DNA from: Ruminococcus sp.
Lineage (GTDB): Bacteria; Bacillota; Clostridia; Oscillospirales; Acutalibacteraceae
Assembly (NCBI GenBank): GCA_017464765.1
Contig: JAFTYK010000035.1
Location: 18,577 to 82,576, forward strand
DNA: 64,000 nt
Reading direction: 5' to 3'
Each line of letters opens with the position of its first letter. Within the stretch, counting starts at the first letter, position 1. Shown here one piece after another: positions 49,325 through 59,798 of the stretch. A model generated the notes under the pieces. It saw nothing but the letters and a program-made list of their open reading frames with translations. It was not told the DNA's origin and made no database searches. The position numbers and the translations under genes were made by a program.

Positions 49325-49981
49325 TCAAATGCTGTCGATAGCATCTATAACCTGACTTAACATAACATCTTTTTCTATATCACCACGAATAATCTTCGCA
49401 TTGTAAAGCGAAGCTATTTCATCGTAAAGCGGTTCTCTTATCTCAAGATAAAGTGGGTCAGGAATATCATCTTTACGTGAAAGACAGATTTCTATCGGAG
49501 TTTTGATATAAACAATCAAATCAGGCTTTGGAGCATTCTTCCACTTTTTCTCAATTGTAGAACGCAAAAACTCAGTATCCTTGCCTAGATTTGCGGCATA
49601 GGTCACTGCATTGTCATAGATATATCTGTCCACTAGTAGGTTATAGCCAAAAAGCTTGTTCAGTGTGATAGAAAAGAAAATCTGACACTTAAATTCAAAA
49701 GTTGTGAGCATTGTAAAAATCTTGTATATTCCCTTTTTTTCACTCTGTTTGCGCATATTTTCAAGGTAAGATTTGTAGTCACCACCATAAGGATTCGAAT
49801 CTTTTTTCAAAACAAGTTTTTTACCCAGCTTAATAAAAAACGACATCACCTTGATAACATAAGCTGCTCTGACCTTTTTAACTTTTACACCGCGACTTTT
49901 CAATACCTCGTACGCATAATCAACAGAAGTTGATTTTCCTGAACCGTCAAGTCCGATGAAACAAACTGTTTTTTTATTCAT
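49325..49981 (-). CDS. thymidylate-kinase-like P-loop kinase
   Basis: GLDGSGKST, VDRYIYD, PKPDL. Confidence 0.82.
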   Translation of the reverse strand: MNKKTVCFIGLDGSGKSTSVDYAYEVLKSRGVKVKKVRAAYVIKVMSFFIKLGKKLVLKKDSNPYGGDYKSYLENMRKQSEKKGIYKIFTMLTTFEFKCQIFFSITLNKLFGYNLLVDRYIYDNAVTYAANLGKDTEFLRSTIEKKWKNAPKPDLIVYIKTPIEICLSRKDDIPDPLYLEIREPLYDEIASLYNAKIIRGDIEKDVMLSQVIDAIDSI

Positions 49982-49984
49982 AAG

Positions 49985-50941
49985 TTACTCCAAAATTTTC
50001 TCAAGTGTAACAACAACTTCGTCTTTTATCTGCGACCAACTTTTCGGATTCAACAGATATGACTTATGTTGCTTATTAGTTTTTGCTTTCCTTATAGCAT
50101 CACTCAGCTCATTTGCTGTATCTATCAGTGTTAATGCTTTGTCGCTATTAGTTTTTATAAGCGACATTTTTTCAAATGATTTATATGCTACTACAGGAGT
50201 ACCGCAAGAAAGTGCTTCCATACAAGACAGTGGAACGCTGATTACAAACTCACTGCTCTTCGTAGGGAAGAAATACACATCAGCACATTTGTAGTAGTCT
50301 TCGATATTTTTCACAAAACCGAAACGCAAATCTACTTTTCCGTCTTTAAGCAAGCGAATAGTGTCTTCGTCATCGAACATACCGCTCGCTATGATAATCG
50401 GGTAAAACTCGTCCTTATTCAAGCCGAGCATTTCTTCAAGATATCGACCTTTCGAACAATGACCTACGTGAAGCACGATAGTCTTGTCATCTGGTATGCC
50501 GAGTTTTCTGCAAAGCTCTTGTTTGTTTTCTTGTTCAGCATTAAACTTTTTAGAATTTATACCAACAGGTAACATATGGATAATTCTATCTTCAAAAGCG
50601 TTTACTACATCTTCTTTACAAATAGTAAAACAATAATCAACCACTTTGTGTTTTCTGTTAAGCTGTGCAAATTCATCAGACACAGGCTGTACACAAACAA
50701 CACAAATATTCTTTACAAAGGGGCGCACGAACCTTAGCAAGTAGTACACTGACTTTATAAGTCGCGCAAAAACTAAAGTAACATCGCTTTTTCTACCATA
50801 TTTTATGATAGAAAACACATTCTTAAGCCCAGAATGTGTAACATTATGCTGTTTATTAAACTCCTTAGAAAGATGAGTGGCAATGTTTCTCATGCCCTCA
50901 TTTTCAAGTCCATTTATAGTGCTGATAAAGTGAATATTCAT
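49985..50941 (-). CDS. glycosyltransferase family 4
   Basis: VLHVGH..KGR, PLSCMEALSCGTPVV; start moved to ATG 50941. Confidence 0.85.
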   Translation of the reverse strand: MNIHFISTINGLENEGMRNIATHLSKEFNKQHNVTHSGLKNVFSIIKYGRKSDVTLVFARLIKSVYYLLRFVRPFVKNICVVCVQPVSDEFAQLNRKHKVVDYCFTICKEDVVNAFEDRIIHMLPVGINSKKFNAEQENKQELCRKLGIPDDKTIVLHVGHCSKGRYLEEMLGLNKDEFYPIIIASGMFDDEDTIRLLKDGKVDLRFGFVKNIEDYYKCADVYFFPTKSSEFVISVPLSCMEALSCGTPVVAYKSFEKMSLIKTNSDKALTLIDTANELSDAIRKAKTNKQHKSYLLNPKSWSQIKDEVVVTLEKILE

Positions 50942-50942
50942 A

Positions 50943-52010
50943 TCAAAATCCCATTTGTGATTTAAAATTTTCCTGTGCTTTGGAAAGCGTGAATTTCTCC
51001 TCAACAGTTGCCTTTGCGTTCTTAGAAACGACCTCAAGAGTATCGCTTTCAATAACCTTGGTAAGCGATCTTGCAATAGTTAAAGCGTCATCATTTTCCA
51101 ACACATAGCCGTTTTTCTTATCTACGATAATATCTTTAAGTCCACCCACCGGAGAAGCCAGAGCAGGTATCGCCATACTCATACTCTCAAGCACCGAATT
51201 AGGCATTCCCTCGGTTTTTGTAGGAAACAATAACAGTTTCCACTTTGGCATAAACTTAAAAAGCTCATCGTGTAAAAGCCAACCGTGAAGTGTAATACAG
51301 CTTTGTGCGCTTAGCTCTTTGATCCTCTTTTTGCAGTCATCATAAAGCAACCCATCTCCGACAATGTCGAGCTTAAACTCAGGGTGCGTTTTGTGAAACT
51401 CAAAAAATCCATCAATACTTTCAAGAACGCATTTTCCGTGAGCTAAACGACACAGCATACCAATTTTATTTTCTTTAATAGAATTATCACCTAAATTGTC
51501 TACATAAAGATGAATTATCTTGGTTTTTTCACTGAGCTTAATTCCTCTGTCAGTTAAAACCGACTCGCTTTCAGCACAGATAAAATCAGCTTTTGATGCT
51601 AAGAAATCTTGACTTTTTTTCGTATTCTGTGCCTTTTTAGAATCATTTTCGAGGGAAGTCATACCATAAAGGAAAAAGTAAGTTTTTACACCCTTCAGTT
51701 TACACAAAAGCATTGGTAAAAACATCTTATCCCCAACCCAGAAAAAAGCGTAATCTCCTTTTTTCAGCGTTTTTGCTCCCTTTAAAAAAACCTTTAGCTG
51801 AAACAGTATAAAGTTGAGAATTCTCAGAATTTTATTGCTCTGTTTTTTATATTTTACGTTAATAACCTGAGCATCATCTGTTTTATCAAGTGATGATGAA
51901 ATTATGCTGATTTTAGAAAAGCACGGCAAAATCACCTTCAAAAACTTGAAGGCAGAAATCTGCGGTGCTTTACTTGGTACAGGATTCATAAAAACAACAG
52001 CATCAGCCAT
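50943..52010 (-). CDS. glycosyltransferase family 4
   Basis: TEGMPNSVLESM..PVGGL. Confidence 0.88.
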   Translation of the reverse strand: MADAVVFMNPVPSKAPQISAFKFLKVILPCFSKISIISSSLDKTDDAQVINVKYKKQSNKILRILNFILFQLKVFLKGAKTLKKGDYAFFWVGDKMFLPMLLCKLKGVKTYFFLYGMTSLENDSKKAQNTKKSQDFLASKADFICAESESVLTDRGIKLSEKTKIIHLYVDNLGDNSIKENKIGMLCRLAHGKCVLESIDGFFEFHKTHPEFKLDIVGDGLLYDDCKKRIKELSAQSCITLHGWLLHDELFKFMPKWKLLLFPTKTEGMPNSVLESMSMAIPALASPVGGLKDIIVDKKNGYVLENDDALTIARSLTKVIESDTLEVVSKNAKATVEEKFTLSKAQENFKSQMGF

Positions 52011-53478
52011 TATACTCGTCCTTTTTAAATAATGAATTTTTAAGTCTTGAAAAAGCTTTCAGCGAACGCTTCAAATCTTCTATGTCTGTGAGACCTCTCT
52101 TGATACGATGGAGTATGTACCACGGACGAAGGTAATATTTCTTTCTTGCGTGAGCGCAAAAAGATACCAAGTCATCAGATGATAACTGAGGTGTACTAAT
52201 AACACAGTTAAGAGTTCCATCTTCTTTAAGGTAATGCGAATATCCGTGCTGAATAAAGCCATTTTCTTTCGCCCAATTATAAGCCTCGGTACCCGGATAT
52301 GGAATCAGCGGAAAAAACTGCATAGTGTCTGTCTTAAAACGCAAGGCAGCACTTAAGGTTTTCTCCATAGTTTCCTTAGTTTCACCCTTGTTGCCCACCA
52401 TATAGCAAGCGTGTATCATCAATCCTGCTTTTTTAGCATTCTTGATATAATTTTCAATCTGTTCCACCGTAGTACCTTTTCTAATGTTATTAAGTATTGT
52501 CTGATCCACGCTCTCAATACCCGGAATAATGAGCTTGCAACCAGCTTTTTTCATTATCTTCATGGTCTCAAAATCAAGGTTAACTCTCGCGTTACACAGC
52601 CAGCGGATTTTTTTGTTCATACCGCTACTTATCATCTTTTCACAAAATTCTATCGTACGCTTTTTATTAACCGTAAAGGTATCGTCCTCAATAACAACCT
52701 GCTTAACATCAGGAAATTCTTTAATAATATACGCAAATTCAGCGATGACGTTATCAACAGACCTTAATCTATATTTGTGGCCATGTAGTGTCTGCGGATA
52801 CACACAGTAGTTACACCTAGCAGGACAGCCTCTGCCCGTAAATATCTGAATTTCCGGCAAAGCAGATGCAGGAAAAACGTAATCATTAACATCAAGGTAT
52901 TCCTTGATAAATTCCGACGCAAAAGGAATCTCGTCCAAATTCTCAATGTGTTCAGCATCAGGATTGTTGATTATCTCTCCATCTTTTCTATACGACAAAC
53001 CTTTAACAGTTGACAGGTCATCATTACCTGCGATAGCATCTGCTAAGTTTTTAATTATGAAATCATATTCTTTTCTGGCTATACCATCAATAGCTTTCGA
53101 AAAAGTGAAAGTTTCCGCAACTGTTGCTGAAGGATGAGTTCCGACAAGCACAGTGAACGCATCAGGAAAAATCTTTTTAACCGCTTCACAAAACTCACAG
53201 TCACTATATATAGACGGGGTGCTGGTGTTGAAAATGAAAAGCTTTGCACCCTTACCTTTTTCGATTATTATTTCAAGTGATTTTTCTTTATTCAAAAGTT
53301 TTGCAGGAGCATCAAGAAATTCCACTTCATAGCCACATTTTTTAGAATAAGCTGCAGCGTATATAAGCCACAAAGGATAGTAAAGTACTCCGCTATGACC
53401 AATACACGGACTACGTGATTCTCGAGAAAACTTTCCATATTCTGCTTTAAAAGGTGGATTTACAAAATAAATCTTCAT
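52003..53478 (-). CDS. B12-binding-domain radical SAM enzyme (HpnJ-like)
   Basis: YPLWL, STPS, GTHP, GRGCPARCNYC, DDTFT, PYPGT. Confidence 0.9.
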   Translation of the reverse strand: MKIYFVNPPFKAEYGKFSRESRSPCIGHSGVLYYPLWLIYAAAYSKKCGYEVEFLDAPAKLLNKEKSLEIIIEKGKGAKLFIFNTSTPSIYSDCEFCEAVKKIFPDAFTVLVGTHPSATVAETFTFSKAIDGIARKEYDFIIKNLADAIAGNDDLSTVKGLSYRKDGEIINNPDAEHIENLDEIPFASEFIKEYLDVNDYVFPASALPEIQIFTGRGCPARCNYCVYPQTLHGHKYRLRSVDNVIAEFAYIIKEFPDVKQVVIEDDTFTVNKKRTIEFCEKMISSGMNKKIRWLCNARVNLDFETMKIMKKAGCKLIIPGIESVDQTILNNIRKGTTVEQIENYIKNAKKAGLMIHACYMVGNKGETKETMEKTLSAALRFKTDTMQFFPLIPYPGTEAYNWAKENGFIQHGYSHYLKEDGTLNCVISTPQLSSDDLVSFCAHARKKYYLRPWYILHRIKRGLTDIEDLKRSLKAFSRLKNSLFKKDEYNG

Positions 53479-53497
53479 ATCAAACCCCAGATAAATG

Positions 53498-54247
53498 TTA
53501 AATAGAACTGTGCTTTTTTATACCTGAAAGAGTATAAAACACCATATAGTAAAGTCTTTGAAAAAAATTAAGTCCGATAAATTTGTAGACTCTGTAAGTC
53601 ATTTTCATTGATTTGAATTTATTTCCGGACTTAGAATTGCGATCAACTCTGTAAATAAGAAGCGGTTCATTTATTCCTCTGGCTTTGCCTCCGTCTTTAA
53701 GAACCGACAGCCACACAGCAAAATCCTCGTGCATACTATCGTGAGCCATAGGATATTTTATAAGCCATTCTTTTTTTATCAAAACAGATGAACACGAAGC
53801 AACATTTTGCCTAAGAAGTTTTTTGTAGGATACCTCATCAGGTACAGAAAAAACAAAGTCAGATTTCACTGAATTTGTATCAACAAAGGCGCTACCTGTA
53901 TAACAAATATCCGTATCAGGATAGACACTCAGAAGTTCTACCTGTTTTCTAAGCTTTTCTTTATCCCACATATCATCGCTGTCAATAAGTGCAACGTAAG
54001 GAAACTTAGCTTTAGATACGCCATAATTTCTGGTATAGGAAACTCCTTTGTTGACTTCGTTTTTATATACTTTTACCCTATTATCTTTTTCGCTGTATTC
54101 ACACAAAATCTCATAGGAAGAATCCGTCGAACAATCATCTAGGGCAATCAATTCAAAATTCTCAAAACTCTGCTTAAGAACTGAGTCTATTGCTTCACGC
54201 AAAAAACGCTCAGCATTGTAAACCGGCATAATAACGCTGATTTCCAT
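53498..54247 (-). CDS. glycosyltransferase family 2
   Basis: ISVIMPVYN, DDCSTD, DSDD, HEDF. Confidence 0.92.
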   Translation of the reverse strand: MEISVIMPVYNAERFLREAIDSVLKQSFENFELIALDDCSTDSSYEILCEYSEKDNRVKVYKNEVNKGVSYTRNYGVSKAKFPYVALIDSDDMWDKEKLRKQVELLSVYPDTDICYTGSAFVDTNSVKSDFVFSVPDEVSYKKLLRQNVASCSSVLIKKEWLIKYPMAHDSMHEDFAVWLSVLKDGGKARGINEPLLIYRVDRNSKSGNKFKSMKMTYRVYKFIGLNFFQRLYYMVFYTLSGIKKHSSI

Positions 54248-54264
54248 AAAGTCAACACCCTTTT

Positions 54265-54978
54265 TTAAGAGATACCATCTTCATAATAATGTGTGTAGTA
54301 ACCCTTCCCGTAAGTACGCTTGTAGTACTTTTTGTAGTAGCTATCACTTTTTTTATCCGCAAAGTTTAAAACAGCGCCCAAAATCTTGCAACCACTCTTC
54401 TCAAGTTGAGCTTTGGTCTTTTTAGCTTGTCTGTATCTGACTCTGCCCGCACTGATAACCATAATGGCAGCATCACAAGCCTTAGCGATAACCGCACTGT
54501 CGATAACAAGACCGAGAGGAGGTGTATCGACGATAATATAGTCGTATTCCTGTTTTAGTTCATTTATAAAGTCACTATATTTATCACTCAACATAAGTTC
54601 AACAGGGTTAATTGCGTGAGGGCCTGAAACTGCCATATCAAGATTTTCAATCTGTGTTTTGCAAATAATCTCCTCTTTACTTGCAAGTCCTGTCAAATAT
54701 TCACTAAGGCCTTTAACGTTTTTAGCGTCTGTGTATTTTGAACTAACAACAGATTTACGTAAGTCACAGTCAAGATAGATAACTTTCTTTTGAATCTCAG
54801 ATAAACTCTTCGCAAGCATCAAAGCGATAGTTGTTTTGCCTTCGTGAGCATCACAACTTGTAACATTCAGCACCTTATATTGAGAACCGCTGAATTGCAG
54901 ATTAGTACGCAAAGTTTTGAAAGACTCATTGACAAAATAATTCTCGAACTTTTCAAGTCCTAATTTAATAGTCTGCAT
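54265..54978 (-). CDS. CpsD/Wze bacterial tyrosine kinase
   Basis: LRTN, EGKTT, DCDLRK, VDTPP, Tyr-rich tail. Confidence 0.92.
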   Translation of the reverse strand: MQTIKLGLEKFENYFVNESFKTLRTNLQFSGSQYKVLNVTSCDAHEGKTTIALMLAKSLSEIQKKVIYLDCDLRKSVVSSKYTDAKNVKGLSEYLTGLASKEEIICKTQIENLDMAVSGPHAINPVELMLSDKYSDFINELKQEYDYIIVDTPPLGLVIDSAVIAKACDAAIMVISAGRVRYRQAKKTKAQLEKSGCKILGAVLNFADKKSDSYYKKYYKRTYGKGYYTHYYEDGIS

Positions 54979-54991
54979 TTTCGTTCCCCTT

Positions 54992-55741
54992 TCAGTACTT
55001 TCCGTAGTATACATGTCTATTGGCTGATGATTTTCCTTTTCCTACAGACTTTTCCTTGCTCATATTCGGTATCATAGCAAGAACACTTAATCCTAGCTGG
55101 TTTTCAATTATATCCGGATCAGTGATTCTATCATCAAAAATGTAGAAAAGCGCAAAAGCTACGTATGTCAATAAAAAAGCAACCAACGCACCGATGATTA
55201 CTGTATATGAAAACTTTGAGTTAGATGGAGTTGTAGCCAGAGTACCTTCATCAACGATATTAACCTGATCAAAACCCATAACGCTTACAATCTGTTCTTT
55301 ACCTATTTCACAAATTGAGTCAACAATCATTTTTGATTTTTCAGGACTATCGGAAACCACCGAAACTTCCAGATAACGTGTATTTGAAGGATTCACTATA
55401 GAAATCATGGAACTAAGCTCTGCATAAGAATAAGTGAGCGAATTATCCTCGATAACCTGATTTAGCACACTACGACTTGTGAGCAGCTTTGTACAGTCAC
55501 TCACCACACTCAGCGCAAGACTAAAGTCTGAATTATAGTCGGAAACTTTGTCGAGGTCACTATCCTGTCTGAGAATATAAATAGAACCTGTTGATTTATA
55601 CTCAGGTTTATAGGTAAGATAATTAAAAGTAAAAATAGAACCGCCCACAATAACAGCGACCAATATCATAATCCACAGCTTTGAAACAAAAAGATAAATA
55701 AGATCTCTGAACTTTACGGCACTATCGTTATTATTCTGCAT
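54992..55741 (-). CDS. CpsC/Wzd chain-length determinant
   Basis: two TMs; PEYKST, LGLSVLAMIP. Confidence 0.88.
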   Translation of the reverse strand: MQNNNDSAVKFRDLIYLFVSKLWIMILVAVIVGGSIFTFNYLTYKPEYKSTGSIYILRQDSDLDKVSDYNSDFSLALSVVSDCTKLLTSRSVLNQVIEDNSLTYSYAELSSMISIVNPSNTRYLEVSVVSDSPEKSKMIVDSICEIGKEQIVSVMGFDQVNIVDEGTLATTPSNSKFSYTVIIGALVAFLLTYVAFALFYIFDDRITDPDIIENQLGLSVLAMIPNMSKEKSVGKGKSSANRHVYYGKY

Positions 55742-56077
55742 AGTTTTGCTCCTTTCGAAAACTCACTTTTATAAACAGGCTATTTTTAGCACACCTGTCC
55801 ATTTTACTTACAATCTATTAAATTATAACAAAAGCAGCCTTTATAGTCAACAAAATACACACCATATATAACATATTTTTGCAGTATTTTCATCGCACTT
55901 AAAACTAAAAATTTTTTCAGTATATAAATATGTAAAATAAACATTACATTGTGTTTACTTTAATTGACATTTAGCATCTAAAGCTGTATAATTTAGTGTG
56001 TTTATTATGAATAAGTGTGCCATATATTGTGGTTTTCTAAATCATCATATCGTTTACTGAAAGGAAGTAAGTAAGTA

Positions 56078-57712
56078 ATGAAACCGATTACACAAAAGGT
56101 AACCTTTAAAAATCACGATGCAGTTAATACCGCAAGAGCGGATATCTTAAAGATTCTTGACGACATCTGCACCAAAAACAATCTCAGATATTTTGCTTTT
56201 CGAGATCTTTTGGTTGGAGCGGTTCACTACAACGACTTTATTCCTAACGGACTTAAGTCGAAAACAGAAATCGGTCTTATGCGAGATGAATACGATAAAC
56301 TCTGCGAAATTCTATACAAAAAAGCTGACGAGCTTGATTTACAGCTTATTGACCGTTATCCAAGTGGTGCCAAGGCCTTAAACTTAACAGTATCAAGAAA
56401 TGTTGATATAGAATCTGATGACGCTATCATTTCTGATCTTGCATCAGTTGAAATCAGTGCTTTTGATTTTCTTCCAGACTCAGAAGCTGAGCAGAAAATG
56501 TATCTAAGAAAGGTTGCAAACCTCAGAGATAAATACAACAAGATGGTTAACCTCACCCCACCGGGTACAACAGTCCCGATGAGTTTAAGAAAAGTTTTCG
56601 GCCTTTTCTGGGGTACCCTCGTTTATGGCACAAAGAACCCGAAGAAAACTTACCACAAATTACACTCTACTGTAAAAAAATATCAGAACACAAAGTACAT
56701 CACACGTCTTATTCCTCGACGCAGTGTTATGATTGAGTACGACAACGTGTTCCCTACAAAGAGAATCAAGGTCAACCACGCTGAAATTAATATTCCTAAC
56801 ACATACAACAAGTGGACTGTAGAAATCAACGACGAGCTTATGGAGCAGACTCGCACTATTCAGAAAATCGACCTCGTGCTTCTAAAAGAATTTGACAGAG
56901 TTTGCCGAAAAATCGGCGTAGGCTACTTCGTATGCGGCGGCACAATGCTTGGATATATGCGTCACAACGGATTTATTCCTTGGGATGATGATATCGATGT
57001 AGGAATGCTTAGAGCTGACTACGACAAGTTTATAAAAGAAGGCGGTAAATATCTCGGCGAAGATTTCTTCTTACAAACAAGACAGTCGGATCCGAAAATT
57101 CCTTACCTCTTCTCCAAAATCCGTTTAAACGGCACTTCATATATCACAAACTACAACGAAAAGCGCGACTTCCACAAAGGTATTTGCTTAGACCTTTTCC
57201 CATTTGACTACATTCCTAATTCACTCAACGAAAGACAGCGTTTCAAAAACAAAGTCAAGTTCTGGGCAAACATTCACCACAAGGTTATTAACCGCCATAA
57301 AGAAAAGGTTGTTTACGATGCAAAGCCAAAGACATTCTACGAATGGTGGGCAAGAACATACAACGAAATAAGACGTCGTATTGTACACTTAGTGCCACTA
57401 AAACTCACACAGCGTCTTTACATCAAAAAAGCTACAACCTACAACTCAAAAGCTAAGGAAATGGGACTCACTACAGTTGCCTCTTTCCTACCGACATACA
57501 CTTACGCCGATGTAAACGATATGATTCCGTATCAGGATATCAACTTTGAAGGTGTAAAGGTTATGGCTTTAAAGGATATGGATAAATTCCTTACAATGCA
57601 GTACAAAGATTATATGCGACTCCCTCTTTTACACCAGCGTGTAGGTCACGACCTTGTTTCATGGCACGTTGACGAGGAGATTGCTAAAAAATACAATATC
57701 TACAACGACTAA
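56078..57712 (+). CDS. LicD-family phosphotransferase, tandem domains
   Basis: C-domain GGTMLGYMRHNGFIPWDDDIDV; N-domain degenerate copy. Confidence 0.9.
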   Translation: MKPITQKVTFKNHDAVNTARADILKILDDICTKNNLRYFAFRDLLVGAVHYNDFIPNGLKSKTEIGLMRDEYDKLCEILYKKADELDLQLIDRYPSGAKALNLTVSRNVDIESDDAIISDLASVEISAFDFLPDSEAEQKMYLRKVANLRDKYNKMVNLTPPGTTVPMSLRKVFGLFWGTLVYGTKNPKKTYHKLHSTVKKYQNTKYITRLIPRRSVMIEYDNVFPTKRIKVNHAEINIPNTYNKWTVEINDELMEQTRTIQKIDLVLLKEFDRVCRKIGVGYFVCGGTMLGYMRHNGFIPWDDDIDVGMLRADYDKFIKEGGKYLGEDFFLQTRQSDPKIPYLFSKIRLNGTSYITNYNEKRDFHKGICLDLFPFDYIPNSLNERQRFKNKVKFWANIHHKVINRHKEKVVYDAKPKTFYEWWARTYNEIRRRIVHLVPLKLTQRLYIKKATTYNSKAKEMGLTTVASFLPTYTYADVNDMIPYQDINFEGVKVMALKDMDKFLTMQYKDYMRLPLLHQRVGHDLVSWHVDEEIAKKYNIYND

Positions 57713-57736
57713 CAGATATAAATTTCGAGGTAAACT

Positions 57737-58450
57737 ATGAATACAGTTTTATTAATGATGGGCGGAAGTGGCACAAGATTCGGCGCTTCTATTCCAAAGC
57801 AGTATATCAAAGTCAACGATAGACCTATTTTTTCATACATCTTAGAGGGCTACAACAAGCTTCCTGATGTTGACAAAATCATAATTGTTTCACACGCCGA
57901 TTGGGTTGATTATGTAGAAGAAATCGCTGAAGAAATTGGCGCTGATAAACTTTACAAGGTAGTAACAGGTGGTGACACCCGTTCAGAATCCGTTAAGAAC
58001 GGTCTTATCTGTGCAAGCGAATATTCCAAAGACGATGACGTTATTCTAATCCACGACGCTACTCACCCTTATGTTGATCAAAAGGGTACTAAAGAAGTTA
58101 TTCAAGCAGTTAAAGAGTTTGGTGGCGCAACACTCGCATCATTCAACTACGACACAGTGTATAAAATGGACGATGACCACATCTTAACCAACATTGAGCC
58201 AAGATTTAATATCGTTGCTGGTGCTTCTCCTGAAGCGTTTACTTTCAGAAAAATCTACGATATCTATATAAACTCTTCAAAAGAAGAGCTTGAGAGTATG
58301 ACATCAGCAGGTGCTATAGCTCTTCACTATGGTATCACTATGAAAGTTATCAAAGCTAACGTGATCAATCTTAAAATCACTTACGCAGACGATATGGAGC
58401 TTTTTGTAAAACTTATTGATAATTACTTCTTCCCAAAGGAGGAGAACTAA
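57737..58450 (+). CDS. IspD/TarI-family cytidylyltransferase
   Basis: GGSGTRFG..PKQY, GGDTRSESV, IHDA, NLKIT. Confidence 0.9.
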   Translation: MNTVLLMMGGSGTRFGASIPKQYIKVNDRPIFSYILEGYNKLPDVDKIIIVSHADWVDYVEEIAEEIGADKLYKVVTGGDTRSESVKNGLICASEYSKDDDVILIHDATHPYVDQKGTKEVIQAVKEFGGATLASFNYDTVYKMDDDHILTNIEPRFNIVAGASPEAFTFRKIYDIYINSSKEELESMTSAGAIALHYGITMKVIKANVINLKITYADDMELFVKLIDNYFFPKEEN

Positions 58451-58451
58451 A

Positions 58452-59777
58452 ATGAAAAACAAACTTCTCGACGTACTCGAAAAACGCACTTTAGGTATCC
58501 ACTGTGGTATTCCATCATTCTGTTCCGCTAACAAAATAGTTATCGAAGCTATTATGGATCAAGCTAAGCGTTTTGATGACACAGTTTTAATTGAGGCTAC
58601 ATCAAACCAAGTTAACCAGTTCGGCGGATATATGGATATGACTTCCGTAGATTTTCGAGAGTATGTTTATAAAATTGCTGACCAGATTGGTTTTGATAAA
58701 GATAAAATCATCTTGGGTGGCGACCACTTAGGTCCGCTCCCTTGGTGCAATTTACCTGCTGATGAGGCCATGGAACACGCTAAAAAGCTTGTATATGATT
58801 GTGTTATGGCTGGCTACACAAAGGTTCACCTCGACACAAGCATGAAGCTTGGTGATGACCCTGTAGACGAAATGCTTCCTAACGAAGTTATCGCTGAGCG
58901 TGGTGCTATCCTTTACAAAGAATGCGACAAGGCTTATCAGGAACTCCTTAAAGAGAATCCTGACGCTATTCAGCCTGTTTACATCATCGGCAGTGAAGTT
59001 CCAATCCCGGGCGGTTCTCAGGAAGAAGAAGACAACCTCAAAGTTACTAACCCAAGAGATTTCGAAAGCACAATCATGGCTTACCGCAGAATGTTCAATA
59101 AACTTGGTCTTAAAGATGCTTGGAATCACATAATCGGTATTGTTGTTCAGCCTGGTGTTGAATTTGGCAACACAGACATTCATACATACAATCGTCTTGA
59201 CGCTTTCAAGCTTTGTAATCGTCTTAAGAAATACCCTGACATCGTATTCGAGGGTCATTCAACTGACTACCAGCCTCCTGTAAAACTTCGAGAAATGGTA
59301 GAAGACGGTATCGCTATCATCAAGGTTGGCCCTGCTTTAACAAACGCTGTAAGAGAAGCAATTTTCGCTCTCTCTATGATTGAAAAAGAACTTATCGACG
59401 ACGAGTCACAGCGTGCTAACTTCATCGAAGTTTTGGAAGAAGTTATGATGAATGAACCAGGAAACTGGATCAAGCACTACCACGGTACAGATAAACAGCA
59501 AGCAATCGCAAGAAAATACAGTTTCTCTGACCGTTCGAGATACTACTTCACCCACGAAAAAGTTTTAGAAGCACAGGAAAAGCTTTTCGAGAATCTCTCA
59601 AATGTTGAAATTCCACTTCCTGTACTTCATCAGTATATGCCACTCCAGTATGCTAAAGTGAGAGACGGAAAGCTTAGTTCTGCACCAAGAGAACTTGCTA
59701 AAGATGCTGTTGTATGCGTTGTTGAAGACTACAACTACGCTGTAAAATGCAACTATATGGCTAACCCTATGATGTAA
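58452..59777 (+). CDS. GatZ/KbaZ family (tagatose-6-phosphate 4-epimerase-like)
   Basis: IEATSNQVNQFGGY, GGDHLGP, GSEVPIPGG, EGHSTDYQ, SDRSRYY. Confidence 0.92.
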   Translation: MKNKLLDVLEKRTLGIHCGIPSFCSANKIVIEAIMDQAKRFDDTVLIEATSNQVNQFGGYMDMTSVDFREYVYKIADQIGFDKDKIILGGDHLGPLPWCNLPADEAMEHAKKLVYDCVMAGYTKVHLDTSMKLGDDPVDEMLPNEVIAERGAILYKECDKAYQELLKENPDAIQPVYIIGSEVPIPGGSQEEEDNLKVTNPRDFESTIMAYRRMFNKLGLKDAWNHIIGIVVQPGVEFGNTDIHTYNRLDAFKLCNRLKKYPDIVFEGHSTDYQPPVKLREMVEDGIAIIKVGPALTNAVREAIFALSMIEKELIDDESQRANFIEVLEEVMMNEPGNWIKHYHGTDKQQAIARKYSFSDRSRYYFTHEKVLEAQEKLFENLSNVEIPLPVLHQYMPLQYAKVRDGKLSSAPRELAKDAVVCVVEDYNYAVKCNYMANPMM

Positions 59778-59798
59778 TTGAAAGAAGGTTTTTATAAT

